From: an uncultured virus (IMG/VR IMGVR_UViG_3300037067_004081)
Lineage: Duplodnaviria; Heunggongvirae; Uroviricota; Caudoviricetes
Length of the DNA stretch: 64,000 nucleotides
IMG/VR virus record: IMGVR_UViG_3300037067_004081
Reading direction: 5' to 3' (one strand)
In this document: one piece after another, positions 30,101 through 40,392 of the stretch
Position numbering within the stretch: position 1 is the first letter of the stretch
How the letters are laid out: every line of letters starts with the position of its first letter
Position numbers and translations under genes: made by a program
The notes under the pieces: model-generated
What the model was told of the DNA's origin: nothing
The model's input: only the letters and a program-made list of their open reading frames with translations
The model's database searches: none

Positions 30101-30497
30101 GAAAAGAGCACAAGATTATACAGGAAGTGGAAGAAAACACACCTCCGATGGGCCTAGCAGAGAGAATCCGGCAATTAGAGGCCAGCTGGCCAGGGGATTT
30201 CAAGGTGTGGGAACAGGAAAACAGGCTGAAAAGGATCAGGACACAGGAAGTGGCAAATCAGATTGTGTTGGATTAGAGGTGAACATGAGAGAATGGACTG
30301 TTGTGATGCAGGAAAGTGGGAGCCCAGCAACCAAGCAACTTGTGATCAGAGAAGTCAAGGTGAATGCTGCAGGAAGTGATGGCGAGTATGAGGTGGAGAA
30401 GGATGGCAGCAAGTATCTGTATGAATCCAGGCCTGAGTATCCTTGGCTCATATTGAGCGATGCACTTGACACACTTGACTTGTTGGGGTTGATCTGA
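27139..30497 (+). other. About a dozen small hypothetical CDS between TerS and TerL, several hydrophobic (27139-27546, 27485-27712, 28599-28820)
   Basis: Coupled ORFs with hydrophobic stretches; includes 29291-29467, which is not in the ORF track. Confidence 0.55.
29946..30075 (+). ncRNA. Candidate structured intergenic RNA (four consecutive hairpins)
   Basis: TATGATG/CATCATA, GCTGG/CCAGC, AAGG/CCTT and the 15-bp CACCCCAGCTGCTTT/AAAGCGGCTGGGGTG. Confidence 0.35.
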
Positions 30498-31807
30498 TGG
30501 GAACCACGGTTGCAGATTTCAGCAGGGCACAGCAGATAGCTCAGTTGCCGGAATATGACAGGAACCTTGTGCTTGCAGGCTTGAGTAAAGAGCAGCTGTT
30601 GGCACTGCAGTATGATTGGCACTTCTGGGCAAGAGAGAAACAGAAATGGCCTTTGTTCCAATGGTCAACCTGGCTGCTGATGGCAGGCAGAGGATTTGGC
30701 AAGACTCGCACCGGCGCTGAGTGGGTGCGTGATCAGGTTGAGAAGCAGGGCAAGATGCGTCTTGCGTTGGTTGGGGCCACCGCTGCAGATGCCAGAGACA
30801 TCATGGTTGAAGGTGAGTCTGGCATATTGGCCATATCACCTCCATGGTTCAAGCCGATATACAAGCCCAGCAAAAGAAGGTTGATTTGGCCCAACGGCGC
30901 AATAGCAACGGTGTACTCTTCAGAGAAGCCAGACAGGTTGCGTGGTCCATCACATGATGGTGCCTGGGCTGATGAGCTTGCGGCATGGAGAAACCCTGAA
31001 GCCTGGGACATGTTGCAGATGACGTTGCGCCTTGGTAAGGAGATGGCAAGAGTTTGTGTCACCACAACACCCAAGCCAGTGCCTCAGGTGAAAGATTTGA
31101 TTCACAAGAATGGCGTAGTGATAACGCATGGCACCACCTATGAGAATCTGCTCAACCTGTCACCAAGATTCAGAGAAGAGGTGCTTGCCAAGTATGAAGG
31201 CACAAGGCTGGGAAGACAGGAAATCAATGCAGAGCTATTAGAGGATGCACCTGGCAGTCTTTGGAAAAGATGGCAGATTGAAAAGCATCGAGTCAAGCAG
31301 GCACCGGATTTGCGCAAGGTGGTTATTGCTGTTGATCCTGAAGCAACATCCACAGATCAGTCTGCAGAGACAGGAATCATTGGGTGCGGTGAAGGTGTTG
31401 ATGGAGATGGTTACTGCATTGGTGATTTCACTATGCGCGGCACACCATTGGTATGGGGCAGACAGGTTTGTGCAGCGTATCACCGGCTGAAAGCCAACCA
31501 TGTTGTTGCAGAGTCTAATCAGGGTGGAGAAATGGTTGAGTATGTTATCAAGTCAATTGATAAGTCCATCCCAGTAACCTTGGTGCATGCATCCAGAGGA
31601 AAGTTCACCAGAGCAGAGCCTATTGCTGCGCTGTCTGAACAGGGAAAGATCCATCATGTTGGCTATTATCCAGAGCTTGAAGACCAACAGTGCCAATGGA
31701 CTCCTGGGGAAGACAGCCCAGATAGGATGGATGCATTTGTATGGGGATTCACAGAGTTGTTTGTAACAGGTGTGACAGGTGGAGCAAGAAAACTGAGAGG
31801 AATCTAA
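30497..31807 (+). CDS. Terminase large subunit
   Basis: AGRGFGKT Walker A, LRGP, WADE, TTTPK, VIAVDP nuclease motif, SPDRMDA. Confidence 0.95.
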   Translation: MGTTVADFSRAQQIAQLPEYDRNLVLAGLSKEQLLALQYDWHFWAREKQKWPLFQWSTWLLMAGRGFGKTRTGAEWVRDQVEKQGKMRLALVGATAADARDIMVEGESGILAISPPWFKPIYKPSKRRLIWPNGAIATVYSSEKPDRLRGPSHDGAWADELAAWRNPEAWDMLQMTLRLGKEMARVCVTTTPKPVPQVKDLIHKNGVVITHGTTYENLLNLSPRFREEVLAKYEGTRLGRQEINAELLEDAPGSLWKRWQIEKHRVKQAPDLRKVVIAVDPEATSTDQSAETGIIGCGEGVDGDGYCIGDFTMRGTPLVWGRQVCAAYHRLKANHVVAESNQGGEMVEYVIKSIDKSIPVTLVHASRGKFTRAEPIAALSEQGKIHHVGYYPELEDQQCQWTPGEDSPDRMDAFVWGFTELFVTGVTGGARKLRGI

Positions 31808-31821
31808 TCAAAGGAGATTGT

Positions 31822-32121
31822 ATGAGCTATATTGTGGATTCAAAATGCCGTGAATGCAACAAAGAAGATAGATGTGTCGATCTGGCTGTGCTGATGGGTG
31901 GCGTCTCTGGCATCCATGGTATCAATGGCTGGTCCACCAAGGCAAATCAATGTGTCACCAAAGGGCATTTGGGAGGTGGGACCATCACGCTGAATTGTAT
32001 CAACTTCGAACCACAACCAGCAAAGCCAATTCCGCCGATGCCACCACCAAAGGTTGAAGCTGAATCTGTTTCTGCCGTGCCTCAAACTATGAACACAGCA
32101 GAAACAGCTTTCATGATATGA
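31822..32121 (+). CDS. Small Cys-rich hypothetical protein
   Basis: AAGGAG RBS; CREC...C...C. Confidence 0.55.
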   Translation: MSYIVDSKCRECNKEDRCVDLAVLMGGVSGIHGINGWSTKANQCVTKGHLGGGTITLNCINFEPQPAKPIPPMPPPKVEAESVSAVPQTMNTAETAFMI

Positions 32122-32151
32122 ACAACGATTAACAAAACACCAATTTCTGCA

Positions 32152-32194
32152 GAAATGACCACTGGTTCTGATGGGCTAGTGGTCATTTCATTTT
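32152..32194 (+). terminator. Intrinsic terminator
   Basis: GAAATGACCACTGGTTC / GGGCTAGTGGTCATTTC followed by ATTTT. Confidence 0.75.
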
Positions 32195-32256
32195 AGGCCA
32201 AAATAAGTGATCCAAATAATGAATGAATGATCTATACTCCAGACTTGGAGGCAATT

Positions 32257-33855
32257 ATGGCAGATACAATCACAGCAGTAAAGAAAAGTGTTCAACAATC
32301 AGTGTCAGCAACCAATCCTGATTATGACATCGCATATCCAACATGGATTAAATGCAGAGATGTACTGCAAGGCGCAACCCAGATAAAAAACAAGGGCACA
32401 GAATACCTGCCACAACTTGATGGACAGGATGAAAAGGCATACACTGCCTACAAAGCCAGAGCTTGTTTCTATCCTGCAGTCAAGCGCACCATCAAGGGCA
32501 TGAGTGGGATGGTATTCATGAAGGATCTTGCCATCAATGGCCTTCCTGAAAAGCTTGACTATCTAAAGGCAGATGCCACCTTCACCGGCAAGCCTCTGAT
32601 TGGACTATCCAAGAACATATTTGATGAGACGATGGGAGTTGGGCGCACCGGCATCCTGGTTGACATGCCAGAGAAGGGTGCACCAGAACAAAGGCCATAT
32701 CTCACCATGTATAAAGCAGAGCAGATCATCAATTGGCGTGAAGAGCGGCGCAACGGCAAGATGACCACTGTCATGGTGGTGCTCTATGAGCTGTATAATG
32801 AGGTTGATCCTGCTGACCCATATGTCATCGAGACATGCGAGCAATACAGGGTGCTTGAATTGGTGACAAGTGATGATGAAGGCAACAACTTTGCCACACC
32901 CAGGTATCGACACAGGGTGTATCGGGTGGAATTGGAAGATGACCCAGCCAACCCGAATGAGAAAAAGAAAGTCTATTGGCTGTATCAGGAATTCTGGCCA
33001 GTGCGCAATGGCACACCTCTTGATTTCATCCCATTTGTCACCATAGGCTCTGAATCAATCGGATGGGAAGTGCAGGCACCTCCAACAGAGGACATGGCAG
33101 ATGTTGTCCTCAATCATTATCGCAACTCAGCAGATCTTGAGAATGGACGACACTGGTGCGGCATACCACAGCCGTATTTGTCTGGGTTTCCTGACAAGGC
33201 TGAATACAAGATTGGTGGCAATGAAATCTGGATCAGCAGTGATCCACAAGCCAAAGCTGGGATGATGGAGTTCACCGGCCAAGGCCTGCAGCCTCTGGAG
33301 AATGCACTGAAGGAAAAAGAAGAGAAGTTGGCCATATTGGGCATGCGCCTGCTGGAGTCACAGAAGAAAACAGCAGAGGTTGCAGAAACCCTGCGCATAC
33401 GCATGCTGGCTGATGTGTCAACCTTGCAGTCTGTGGTTCGAACAATCAGCCAAGGAATGACGGTTGCTGTCAACTGGGCAATCTGGTGGGCATCGGCGCA
33501 GGGACAGGAAGCCATGGTGGTGCTGAACCTTGATTATGATGAATCTGTTCTGTCTGCCCAGGATTTGACTGCACTGGTTACATTATGGCAGTCTGATGGC
33601 ATCAGCTACAAGACCTTGTACTTCAATCTGCAGAAGGGTGAGATCACCAGAGAAGATATTGATGCGGATCAGGAACTTGAGGACATTCAGACAGAGAAGG
33701 AAGAAGCAGACAAGCTCAACAGGGAATTGAACCCACAACTATATGATGAGGATGGCAACCCGATTGAAGCCAAACCACCGGCTGAAGGTGCTCCTGTTGA
33801 TGAACCCAATCCAAAACCAACATCAGACAACACAGCCGATGATCAGGTTGCATAA
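32257..33855 (+). CDS. Portal protein (DUF4055-type)
   Basis: YLP...Y..YKARA.FY, GRTGILVD, YKAEQIINW, IPFV, HYRNSADLE; follows TerL. Confidence 0.9.
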   Translation: MADTITAVKKSVQQSVSATNPDYDIAYPTWIKCRDVLQGATQIKNKGTEYLPQLDGQDEKAYTAYKARACFYPAVKRTIKGMSGMVFMKDLAINGLPEKLDYLKADATFTGKPLIGLSKNIFDETMGVGRTGILVDMPEKGAPEQRPYLTMYKAEQIINWREERRNGKMTTVMVVLYELYNEVDPADPYVIETCEQYRVLELVTSDDEGNNFATPRYRHRVYRVELEDDPANPNEKKKVYWLYQEFWPVRNGTPLDFIPFVTIGSESIGWEVQAPPTEDMADVVLNHYRNSADLENGRHWCGIPQPYLSGFPDKAEYKIGGNEIWISSDPQAKAGMMEFTGQGLQPLENALKEKEEKLAILGMRLLESQKKTAEVAETLRIRMLADVSTLQSVVRTISQGMTVAVNWAIWWASAQGQEAMVVLNLDYDESVLSAQDLTALVTLWQSDGISYKTLYFNLQKGEITREDIDADQELEDIQTEKEEADKLNRELNPQLYDEDGNPIEAKPPAEGAPVDEPNPKPTSDNTADDQVA

Positions 33856-34850
33856 TGGAACTTTGGGAGAAGCTTCACCAGATTGCTGATGTAGCAAGAC
33901 CAAAGCTGCAGCGTGAATTCCTGAGAACAGTCTACAGCACTCAGGATAAAGTCAACCTGTCTGTATTGCGCAAGGCCATATCCACAGGCGATATCTCCAA
34001 GGCATGGAAGGCCATGAACTGGGAGAAGGCAATGCAGGCAGAAATGACTCCCATGATTCAATCCCACCTGTTGAAGATCATTGCAGACTCAGGCCCAGCA
34101 GCACTAGGTGGAGTGCCAGACCTGCAGATGAGCTTTGATGTTCAGAATCCTGAAGTATATGATGCAATAAAGAAGGAAACAGGCAAGCTGATCACCCAGA
34201 TCACAGAGCAGACAAGAAGAGGTGTGGTTGATGCAGTGACACAAGCCTTCCGAATGGGATTGGGCCCACCAGAAGGCCAAATATTTGATATCCTGAAGAA
34301 TGCTGCCAACATCCAAGAGTCTTTGGGCTTGAATGCCAGGCAGATGGGGGCATTGAACAAGTATCGGATGGAGCTGGCCAAGAAGGGAATCACAGGCACA
34401 TCATACACCAAGATGGTTGGTCAGTATCGCACCACTCTGCTCAAGCAAAGAGCAGTAATGATTGCTCGAACAGAGACAATACAGGCTGCGTGTGAAGGAC
34501 AGCGGCTGGCCTGGGATCAGGCAATCAGTTCAGGAGAGCTTGACCCCAACAGATTCGAGGTTGAATGGATTGTCACCCCAGATGATATCACCTGCAAGCG
34601 CTGCATGTCTATGAAGGGACAGCGCAGGCCGATGCAGGGCATCTATATGATGGGTGATGCCAGAGGGACAAAAGGACCAACACTGCATCCGCATTGCCGA
34701 TGTGGAGAGAAGATTGTCAAGAAACGTGGTGTGAAGGATGTTGTCATCAAATCCAAAAGGCCTGGGCAGGTCAAGCCACCTTCTGTTGTCATCCAGCCTT
34801 GGTTTGAAGCAACAGGCCACAGAGTATCTGAACAAAAAGCGCACATATAG
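33855..34850 (+). CDS. Mu gpF/SPP1 gp7-like minor head protein
   Basis: RAVMIARTE, TCKRC, HPHCRC. Confidence 0.85.
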   Translation: MELWEKLHQIADVARPKLQREFLRTVYSTQDKVNLSVLRKAISTGDISKAWKAMNWEKAMQAEMTPMIQSHLLKIIADSGPAALGGVPDLQMSFDVQNPEVYDAIKKETGKLITQITEQTRRGVVDAVTQAFRMGLGPPEGQIFDILKNAANIQESLGLNARQMGALNKYRMELAKKGITGTSYTKMVGQYRTTLLKQRAVMIARTETIQAACEGQRLAWDQAISSGELDPNRFEVEWIVTPDDITCKRCMSMKGQRRPMQGIYMMGDARGTKGPTLHPHCRCGEKIVKKRGVKDVVIKSKRPGQVKPPSVVIQPWFEATGHRVSEQKAHI

Positions 34851-34909
34851 AATTCCAGAATCCCAGCAGCTTAAAGTGGTGGCTATAATAGTTGTGGAGG
34901 TGAAAAGGG

Positions 34910-35089
34910 ATGACAACAGATGGATACGAAAAGCCTGATGTGATTGCAATTGAATACCTGCCTGACACCTGCGCCATTGAGTGCTCTATCTGTGATAGAG
35001 AAATTTGTGATGTGCCATTCTTCTACAAAATTGATGATGCTACCCAAATCTGCAGTAATTGCAAAGAAAGAGAGCGGCTGCGAGAATGA
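34910..35089 (+). CDS. Small Zn-finger protein (59 aa, not in ORF track)
   Basis: GGAGG RBS; CSIC...CSNC; ATGA overlap with next gene. Confidence 0.6.
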   Translation: MTTDGYEKPDVIAIEYLPDTCAIECSICDREICDVPFFYKIDDATQICSNCKERERLRE

Positions 35090-35742
35090 AAAACCAAGAT
35101 CAAATTGTGCCCATGTTCTATGGGGTTGTTGCTATCTGCACACGTGGAGCTGTTCTGACAGAAGTTCTCCAAGGAGTTGTTGACAACATAATGGGCTTCA
35201 ACCTGGGTGGTGTTCGAATTCAATGGACCATCAGAACCACCCACAATCTGCCAATCCCAGATGCACAGAACCAAGCCACCAAGGATGCATTGCTGTTCCA
35301 GCCAAAATATGTCTGGTATGTTGAAGAGGATACTGTGCCACCTCCAGGCATATTGCTTGATATGATTCGGGTGGACAAGCCGGTTGTGGTTGCTGATTAC
35401 AATCTTGAGCAGGGTGACACAGCTGTCAAGCTGAACAAGAAGGGAATTGTGGTGAATGCCGGAATGGGCTGTATGCTTGTCAAATCTCAGGTGCTTCTGA
35501 ACATGAGCATCGAAGGCCCATGGTTTGATGACAAAACATGGATTCTTCAGGAAGATGGTGGCTTTGCTGCCTCAGATTTGAAGCTTGCAGGGAAACAGGA
35601 CACTTCTTTTGTGAAACGGCTGCGCGATTACGGCATAATACCATGTGTCATTCCAACAGGGCAGCGTTGTAGGCATCTCAGGCTTGTAGGACTAGGGGAA
35701 AGAGGAAAGAATTGTGGCCTGCACCAGATAAAGGAGTTGTAA
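35086..35742 (+). CDS. GT-A/GT2-like glycosyltransferase (paralog of 48487-49140)
   Basis: WYVEEDTVPPPG, GMGCMLVKSQV, QDTSF. Confidence 0.75.
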   Translation: MKNQDQIVPMFYGVVAICTRGAVLTEVLQGVVDNIMGFNLGGVRIQWTIRTTHNLPIPDAQNQATKDALLFQPKYVWYVEEDTVPPPGILLDMIRVDKPVVVADYNLEQGDTAVKLNKKGIVVNAGMGCMLVKSQVLLNMSIEGPWFDDKTWILQEDGGFAASDLKLAGKQDTSFVKRLRDYGIIPCVIPTGQRCRHLRLVGLGERGKNCGLHQIKEL

Positions 35743-35747
35743 GCCAC

Positions 35748-36221
35748 ATGATATCCTTCAAAATATACCCAAACAGGAAGGTGGATCAGGTTTATTGGCT
35801 GGTTCAGGTATTTGACACTAAGCCTGCCATGCTCGAATATTGCAAAGCAAATTGTGGCAATCCGATGGTGAAAAAGGATGCAGCAGTTTGTCACAACTTC
35901 TTTGAAGTGAAGTTTAAGGGCAAGAAAGTCAGCCACCTGAAAAGTCGGCAAGGCATCATCCACCTCTATAGAGGCAGATGCAGCAACAGCATCGTTGCTC
36001 ATGAGTGTGGTCATGCTGCCATCAGCTATGTAATGTCAAAAAGAAAAACAGATCTTGTATTCAAGAGAGGTGATCTTGCTGCTGTTCTGAAAGAGCACCA
36101 TCACCCAAAGAAACGTGTTCGATATCTGGTGTCAAAAGGTGAAGAGGACATTTGCTATGCCTTGGGCAACCTCTTGCGCCAATGTGTCATCAAGTTCTAT
36201 GAAAAGAAAGTCTGGCCATGA
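35748..36221 (+). CDS. Hypothetical protein with HExxH motif
   Basis: IVAHECGHAA and downstream EE. Confidence 0.5.
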   Translation: MISFKIYPNRKVDQVYWLVQVFDTKPAMLEYCKANCGNPMVKKDAAVCHNFFEVKFKGKKVSHLKSRQGIIHLYRGRCSNSIVAHECGHAAISYVMSKRKTDLVFKRGDLAAVLKEHHHPKKRVRYLVSKGEEDICYALGNLLRQCVIKFYEKKVWP

Positions 36222-36420
36222 TCAATCTTGATAGCTTCAATGCAGACAAAGGCCAACCATATGCCAATTGGGAGAAGGTGGGCCAAGAGGCAATCTGTTT
36301 TTGCTGTAGCAGTCCAATCAAAATCAGTGTATCTGCTCTGCCAACAACGATGGGTGAAGAGTTCACCTATGAATGCTGGTGTGGGCAGGTGCACCAATTC
36401 AAAAGAGAGGATGTTTCATA

Positions 36421-36750
36421 ATGGAGTTGAATGAATACCAACATCGAGCAAGAGCAACCGCTGTGTATCCCAGAATTGGTCAAAATCTTCAGTATCCTGT
36501 GCTTGGCCTTGCAGGTGAGGCTGGTGAAATATGCAATAAGGTAAAGAAGATTGAAAGGGATTGTGGAGGGAAGATCACCCCAGAGATAAGAGAGAAGATT
36601 CTCAAGGAAGTTGGTGACACACTCTGGTATGTTTCCATGATCTGCCAGGAATTGGCAGCGAATCTGGATGATGTTGCACGCGACAACCTTATGAAGCTGC
36701 TGGACAGGCAATCACGCGGTGTGCTGAAGGGTTCAGGTGATGAGAGATGA
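36421..36750 (+). CDS. MazG-like nucleotide pyrophosphohydrolase
   Basis: LGLAGEAGE...KEVGDTLWY...NLMKLLDR. Confidence 0.9.
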   Translation: MELNEYQHRARATAVYPRIGQNLQYPVLGLAGEAGEICNKVKKIERDCGGKITPEIREKILKEVGDTLWYVSMICQELAANLDDVARDNLMKLLDRQSRGVLKGSGDER

Positions 36751-37373
36751 GTGAAACGGTATCCGTCATCATTGCGACATTTGGAGACAGAAAGAACTGG
36801 GACAGGATTGTACAGAGGGCAATCAATTCTGTCATCACTCAATCAGTCAGACCCAACCAATTGATCAGAAGCCACGGCAAGGATTTGCAGCAGGCCAGGA
36901 ATGAGGCTGTCAAGAAGTCATATTCAGACTGGCTTTGCTTCCTTGATGCTGATGATGAGCTTGAACCTGGCTACATAGAAGCGATGTTGAAAGGCCAAGG
37001 TGATTTGAGATACCCTATGGTGAGGTATCTTGATGTTGAGCAATTCAACATTGATCACCGGCTGACTGATCCGGTTGCGCTCAAAGAGATTCACATATTG
37101 GATGGCAACTGGATGGTCATTGGGACATTTGTCAGGCGTGAACAATTCCTGCGTGTCGGTGGCTTCCCAGACTATTCAGCATATGAGGATTGGGCGCTGT
37201 GGATCAAGTGTTGGATTGATGGTGCCCAATGGCAACTTTGTAATGACGCCATCTATCGAGTATACAGGAGCAAATCCGGCAGGAATCATATGCCTGGGAA
37301 TGTTGCCCAGAAGCTTCATGATGACATCTCAGGATACTTCAGGCCTATTGCCAAAGAAAGAGGATTGATATGA
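36747..37373 (+). CDS. Family 2 glycosyltransferase
   Basis: VSVIIATF, ARN, CFLDADD, GGF...EDWALW. Confidence 0.9.
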   Translation: MSETVSVIIATFGDRKNWDRIVQRAINSVITQSVRPNQLIRSHGKDLQQARNEAVKKSYSDWLCFLDADDELEPGYIEAMLKGQGDLRYPMVRYLDVEQFNIDHRLTDPVALKEIHILDGNWMVIGTFVRREQFLRVGGFPDYSAYEDWALWIKCWIDGAQWQLCNDAIYRVYRSKSGRNHMPGNVAQKLHDDISGYFRPIAKERGLI

Positions 37374-38182
37374 AAGACATGGTTGTTGGTGCAGCATCTG
37401 GGTATGACTGGGCCAAGATTTCATCATGGGCAAACAGTCTTGATCAATGCGGCTTCACCGGACACAAGGTGATCCTCTATTATGGGTGGGATCAGGATTT
37501 CATTCGGCGTGCAACAAAGAGAGGTTATCAGGTTGTTGGCTGCTCTCAAAGGGAAAAGACTGTTCATGTTGACAGATTCTTGAAATTGGCGCTGCATCTT
37601 TCAACCCACAATGTTGTTGTCAATAGAGTGATGATCACTGACACCCGTGACATCATATTTCAAGGCAATCCATCAGACTGGCTTGATGAGAACCTCACCG
37701 GCGCTCAACAGCTCTGTGCAGTCACAGAGGGAATCAGATATCAGGATGAGCCTTGGGGTTCAGGAAATGTATTGGCAGGCTTTGGGCCCATATGGCTCAA
37801 GCAGCTTGCTGATAAGGTGATTGTCAATGCAGGCTGCATCTGCGGATATCAGGCGGACATGGACAGGTTGTTTTGGGCCTTGGTTCAGTTGGCATCCAGT
37901 GCAGCTATTCCTTTGGCTGATCAGTCAGCGCTGAATGTTTTGCTGGCAGATCCTGAATGGGCCCAGCGCATTAGGATATTTGAACCTGATGCTGGACTCT
38001 GTGCAAACCTTGGCACGCTGGCTGTTGATGAATTCAAGCCAAAGCTGGTGAGCCCACAGCCTACATGGGATGACAAAGGTGTTGTGTTTACATCTGAAGG
38101 CAAACCATTTATACTGGTTCATCAATATGACAGAATACCAGGCTTGAAAGAAAAGATCTGGAACAAATACTGGGAGGCATAA
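37370..38182 (+). CDS. GT-A fold glycosyltransferase-like protein
   Basis: MITDTRDIIFQGNP, NAG, DQSALN, VHQYDR. Confidence 0.75.
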   Translation: MKDMVVGAASGYDWAKISSWANSLDQCGFTGHKVILYYGWDQDFIRRATKRGYQVVGCSQREKTVHVDRFLKLALHLSTHNVVVNRVMITDTRDIIFQGNPSDWLDENLTGAQQLCAVTEGIRYQDEPWGSGNVLAGFGPIWLKQLADKVIVNAGCICGYQADMDRLFWALVQLASSAAIPLADQSALNVLLADPEWAQRIRIFEPDAGLCANLGTLAVDEFKPKLVSPQPTWDDKGVVFTSEGKPFILVHQYDRIPGLKEKIWNKYWEA

Positions 38183-38889
38183 TGATCAGAACAGGATTGA
38201 CAACAGACAAATCAAGAGTCTGCTTGCTATTGATCACGGATGGCAGGGCAGAGTGTATCGAGAAGACATTATTGTCATGGGCAGAGCAGCTTGATGGGGC
38301 ATTCACAGACTTCATTGTGGTGAATGACTCTGGTGATATGGAGTATGCCTGCTGGCTTGATCGCAAGCTGCCATACTTCACAAGGATACATCATCCAAGG
38401 CGATTAGGATTTGGTGAAACAATAAGAGATGCATGGGCCAACATTCCTGGTCACTGTGATTTCATCTTCCACCTTGAGGATGACTTCCTGCTCAATCGCT
38501 CATTCAAGCTGGATGACTGGATTGCTGTTCTGAAGGCCAACCCAGATGTCATATCCATCACAGCATATCGGCAACCGTGGTCACAGGCTGAAATATTTGC
38601 TGGTGGTTTCATCCCTATGCGCCCAGGCTGCTATCAAGACAAGAAATATGTTGGGGATAATGATGTCGAGTATGATGTCATCGAGCATACAAACAACTTC
38701 TCAACAAATCCCTGTCTATATCCAAGTTGGTTGACCAATATCGACTGGCCTGAAAGTCCAGAGAGTGAAGGCAAGTTTGGTTTTGTTTTGAAAGAGTTGA
38801 ACCCCAATTCGAAATACCTGCTCTGGGGTAAGACAACAGATGAACCGTTGGTGCACCACTTTGGTGCAAGAAAGGGCACAGGCTATTAG
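38182..38889 (+). CDS. Family 2-like glycosyltransferase
   Basis: IVVNDS, FIFHLEDDF, FSTNPCLY, VHHFG. Confidence 0.8.
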   Translation: MIRTGLTTDKSRVCLLLITDGRAECIEKTLLSWAEQLDGAFTDFIVVNDSGDMEYACWLDRKLPYFTRIHHPRRLGFGETIRDAWANIPGHCDFIFHLEDDFLLNRSFKLDDWIAVLKANPDVISITAYRQPWSQAEIFAGGFIPMRPGCYQDKKYVGDNDVEYDVIEHTNNFSTNPCLYPSWLTNIDWPESPESEGKFGFVLKELNPNSKYLLWGKTTDEPLVHHFGARKGTGY

Positions 38890-38890
38890 C

Positions 38891-39541
38891 ATGATGATTG
38901 TTGTGGTCACTTCCCGCAGACCATTGATGTGGGGGAATGTTCTTGATAATATCAACCGGCAATCAAGAAAGCCTGATGCTCTCATATTTGTCGCACACAG
39001 AACAAATGTTGTACCAAGACTGATGCTGTCAACTTGCATCGGCAATGGTATCCCCAGCACATTCTTCAGAGCCAATGATTCCTTGAGTTATACCTTTGCA
39101 GCCGAACAAGGGTTTAATGAGGCTGCAAAGCTGGACTCAGAAGGGATGATGTGCAACTTTGATGATGATGACTTCTATGGCAAGGATTATTTGAAAGAAA
39201 TAGAAGATTTGCACAAGGTGTTTCCAAGTGCAGGCATCATCGGGAAAGCTGGATACTTCATGTGGCAATTTGGCAAGAAGGTTGAACCAACCAGAGAAGG
39301 ATACAAAGATATTGAGCCCATGTCAATAGTTGATTGGGTTGCTGGACCAACAATCTCAATCAATATCAAGACTTGGATTGAGAGGCCTGATTTCAGGCAT
39401 GATCATCTCAAGCCATATGCTGATGCCGCCATCATCAGTGTGGCAAATACTTTTAGAATTCCAATCAGGACAACAGGTGATCAGAACTTCCTGCTGCAGC
39501 GCTATTCAAATAAGGAGCATAAGCACACATGGCCAATGTAA
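38891..39541 (+). CDS. Family 2-like glycosyltransferase
   Basis: TSRRP...RQ, CNFDDDDFYGKDYL, GPTI. Confidence 0.7.
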   Translation: MMIVVVTSRRPLMWGNVLDNINRQSRKPDALIFVAHRTNVVPRLMLSTCIGNGIPSTFFRANDSLSYTFAAEQGFNEAAKLDSEGMMCNFDDDDFYGKDYLKEIEDLHKVFPSAGIIGKAGYFMWQFGKKVEPTREGYKDIEPMSIVDWVAGPTISINIKTWIERPDFRHDHLKPYADAAIISVANTFRIPIRTTGDQNFLLQRYSNKEHKHTWPM

Positions 39542-40392
39542 AACAGGTTTGGGCTGTTGGCCTTGTTCTGAATGAGGCTGACATTATTGAGTACACGCTC
39601 AAGAATTTTGAGGCCCAGGGTGTCAATGGGATCATTGTGCAGGATAATGGTTCAACAGATGATACCATCAAGAAGCTTGAGCACTTTCAAAACACAACAG
39701 GTATCAAGGCCACTCTGATATTAGAAGGAAAGAACACCGGATATTTTCAGAGCAGGAACATGACTGCACTGGCTCACTTCGCAGCATCGCTTGGGGCAGA
39801 ATACATCATCCCATTCGATGCTGATGAGCTGTGGTATGCTCCTGGTCATGAACGGCTGGCTGATCTGATAAGAGAAGCGGATGCAGGCTGTATTCATGCT
39901 GAGCAATACTTCTATTATTCAACCAGAGAAGATATTCAGCATGAAATGAACCCATACAAAAGGATTGTATGGCGCACCAAGGAAGTCAGGCCATGGAAGA
40001 AAGTCTGCTTCAAATGGTTTCCTGGTGCTCACATTGGTGGTGGCAATCACTCGCTGCAGGATGCTGATGGCAATGAGGTGTCAAGAGGAAGATACATTGA
40101 CATCAAGATTGGCCATTTCCCATGCAGGAGTTTTGAGCAGATGCTGGACAAGGTTGTCAGGCATGGAAGGTCTATGGACCTGCAACACCCAGATGATCCC
40201 ACATGGGGCGGTGATGGGCCAGCTCACAACTATCTATATCGCAAGTTTGTCAATGAAGGTGCAGCAGCTCTGAAGCAGATCTGGGAATGGGGTGACAAAC
40301 AAACAGACTATTCAGGATTCTGCCTATCCAGAAATTACAAATCATTAGGGCTGGTGAATTCTCCAGCTCCATATAAAGAGGTGACAAGATGA
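39529..40392 (+). CDS. Glycosyltransferase (GT2_4-like), paralog A
   Basis: NEADII, DNGSTDDT, IPFDADELW, GNH, HFPCRS. Confidence 0.85.
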   Translation: MANVKQVWAVGLVLNEADIIEYTLKNFEAQGVNGIIVQDNGSTDDTIKKLEHFQNTTGIKATLILEGKNTGYFQSRNMTALAHFAASLGAEYIIPFDADELWYAPGHERLADLIREADAGCIHAEQYFYYSTREDIQHEMNPYKRIVWRTKEVRPWKKVCFKWFPGAHIGGGNHSLQDADGNEVSRGRYIDIKIGHFPCRSFEQMLDKVVRHGRSMDLQHPDDPTWGGDGPAHNYLYRKFVNEGAAALKQIWEWGDKQTDYSGFCLSRNYKSLGLVNSPAPYKEVTR

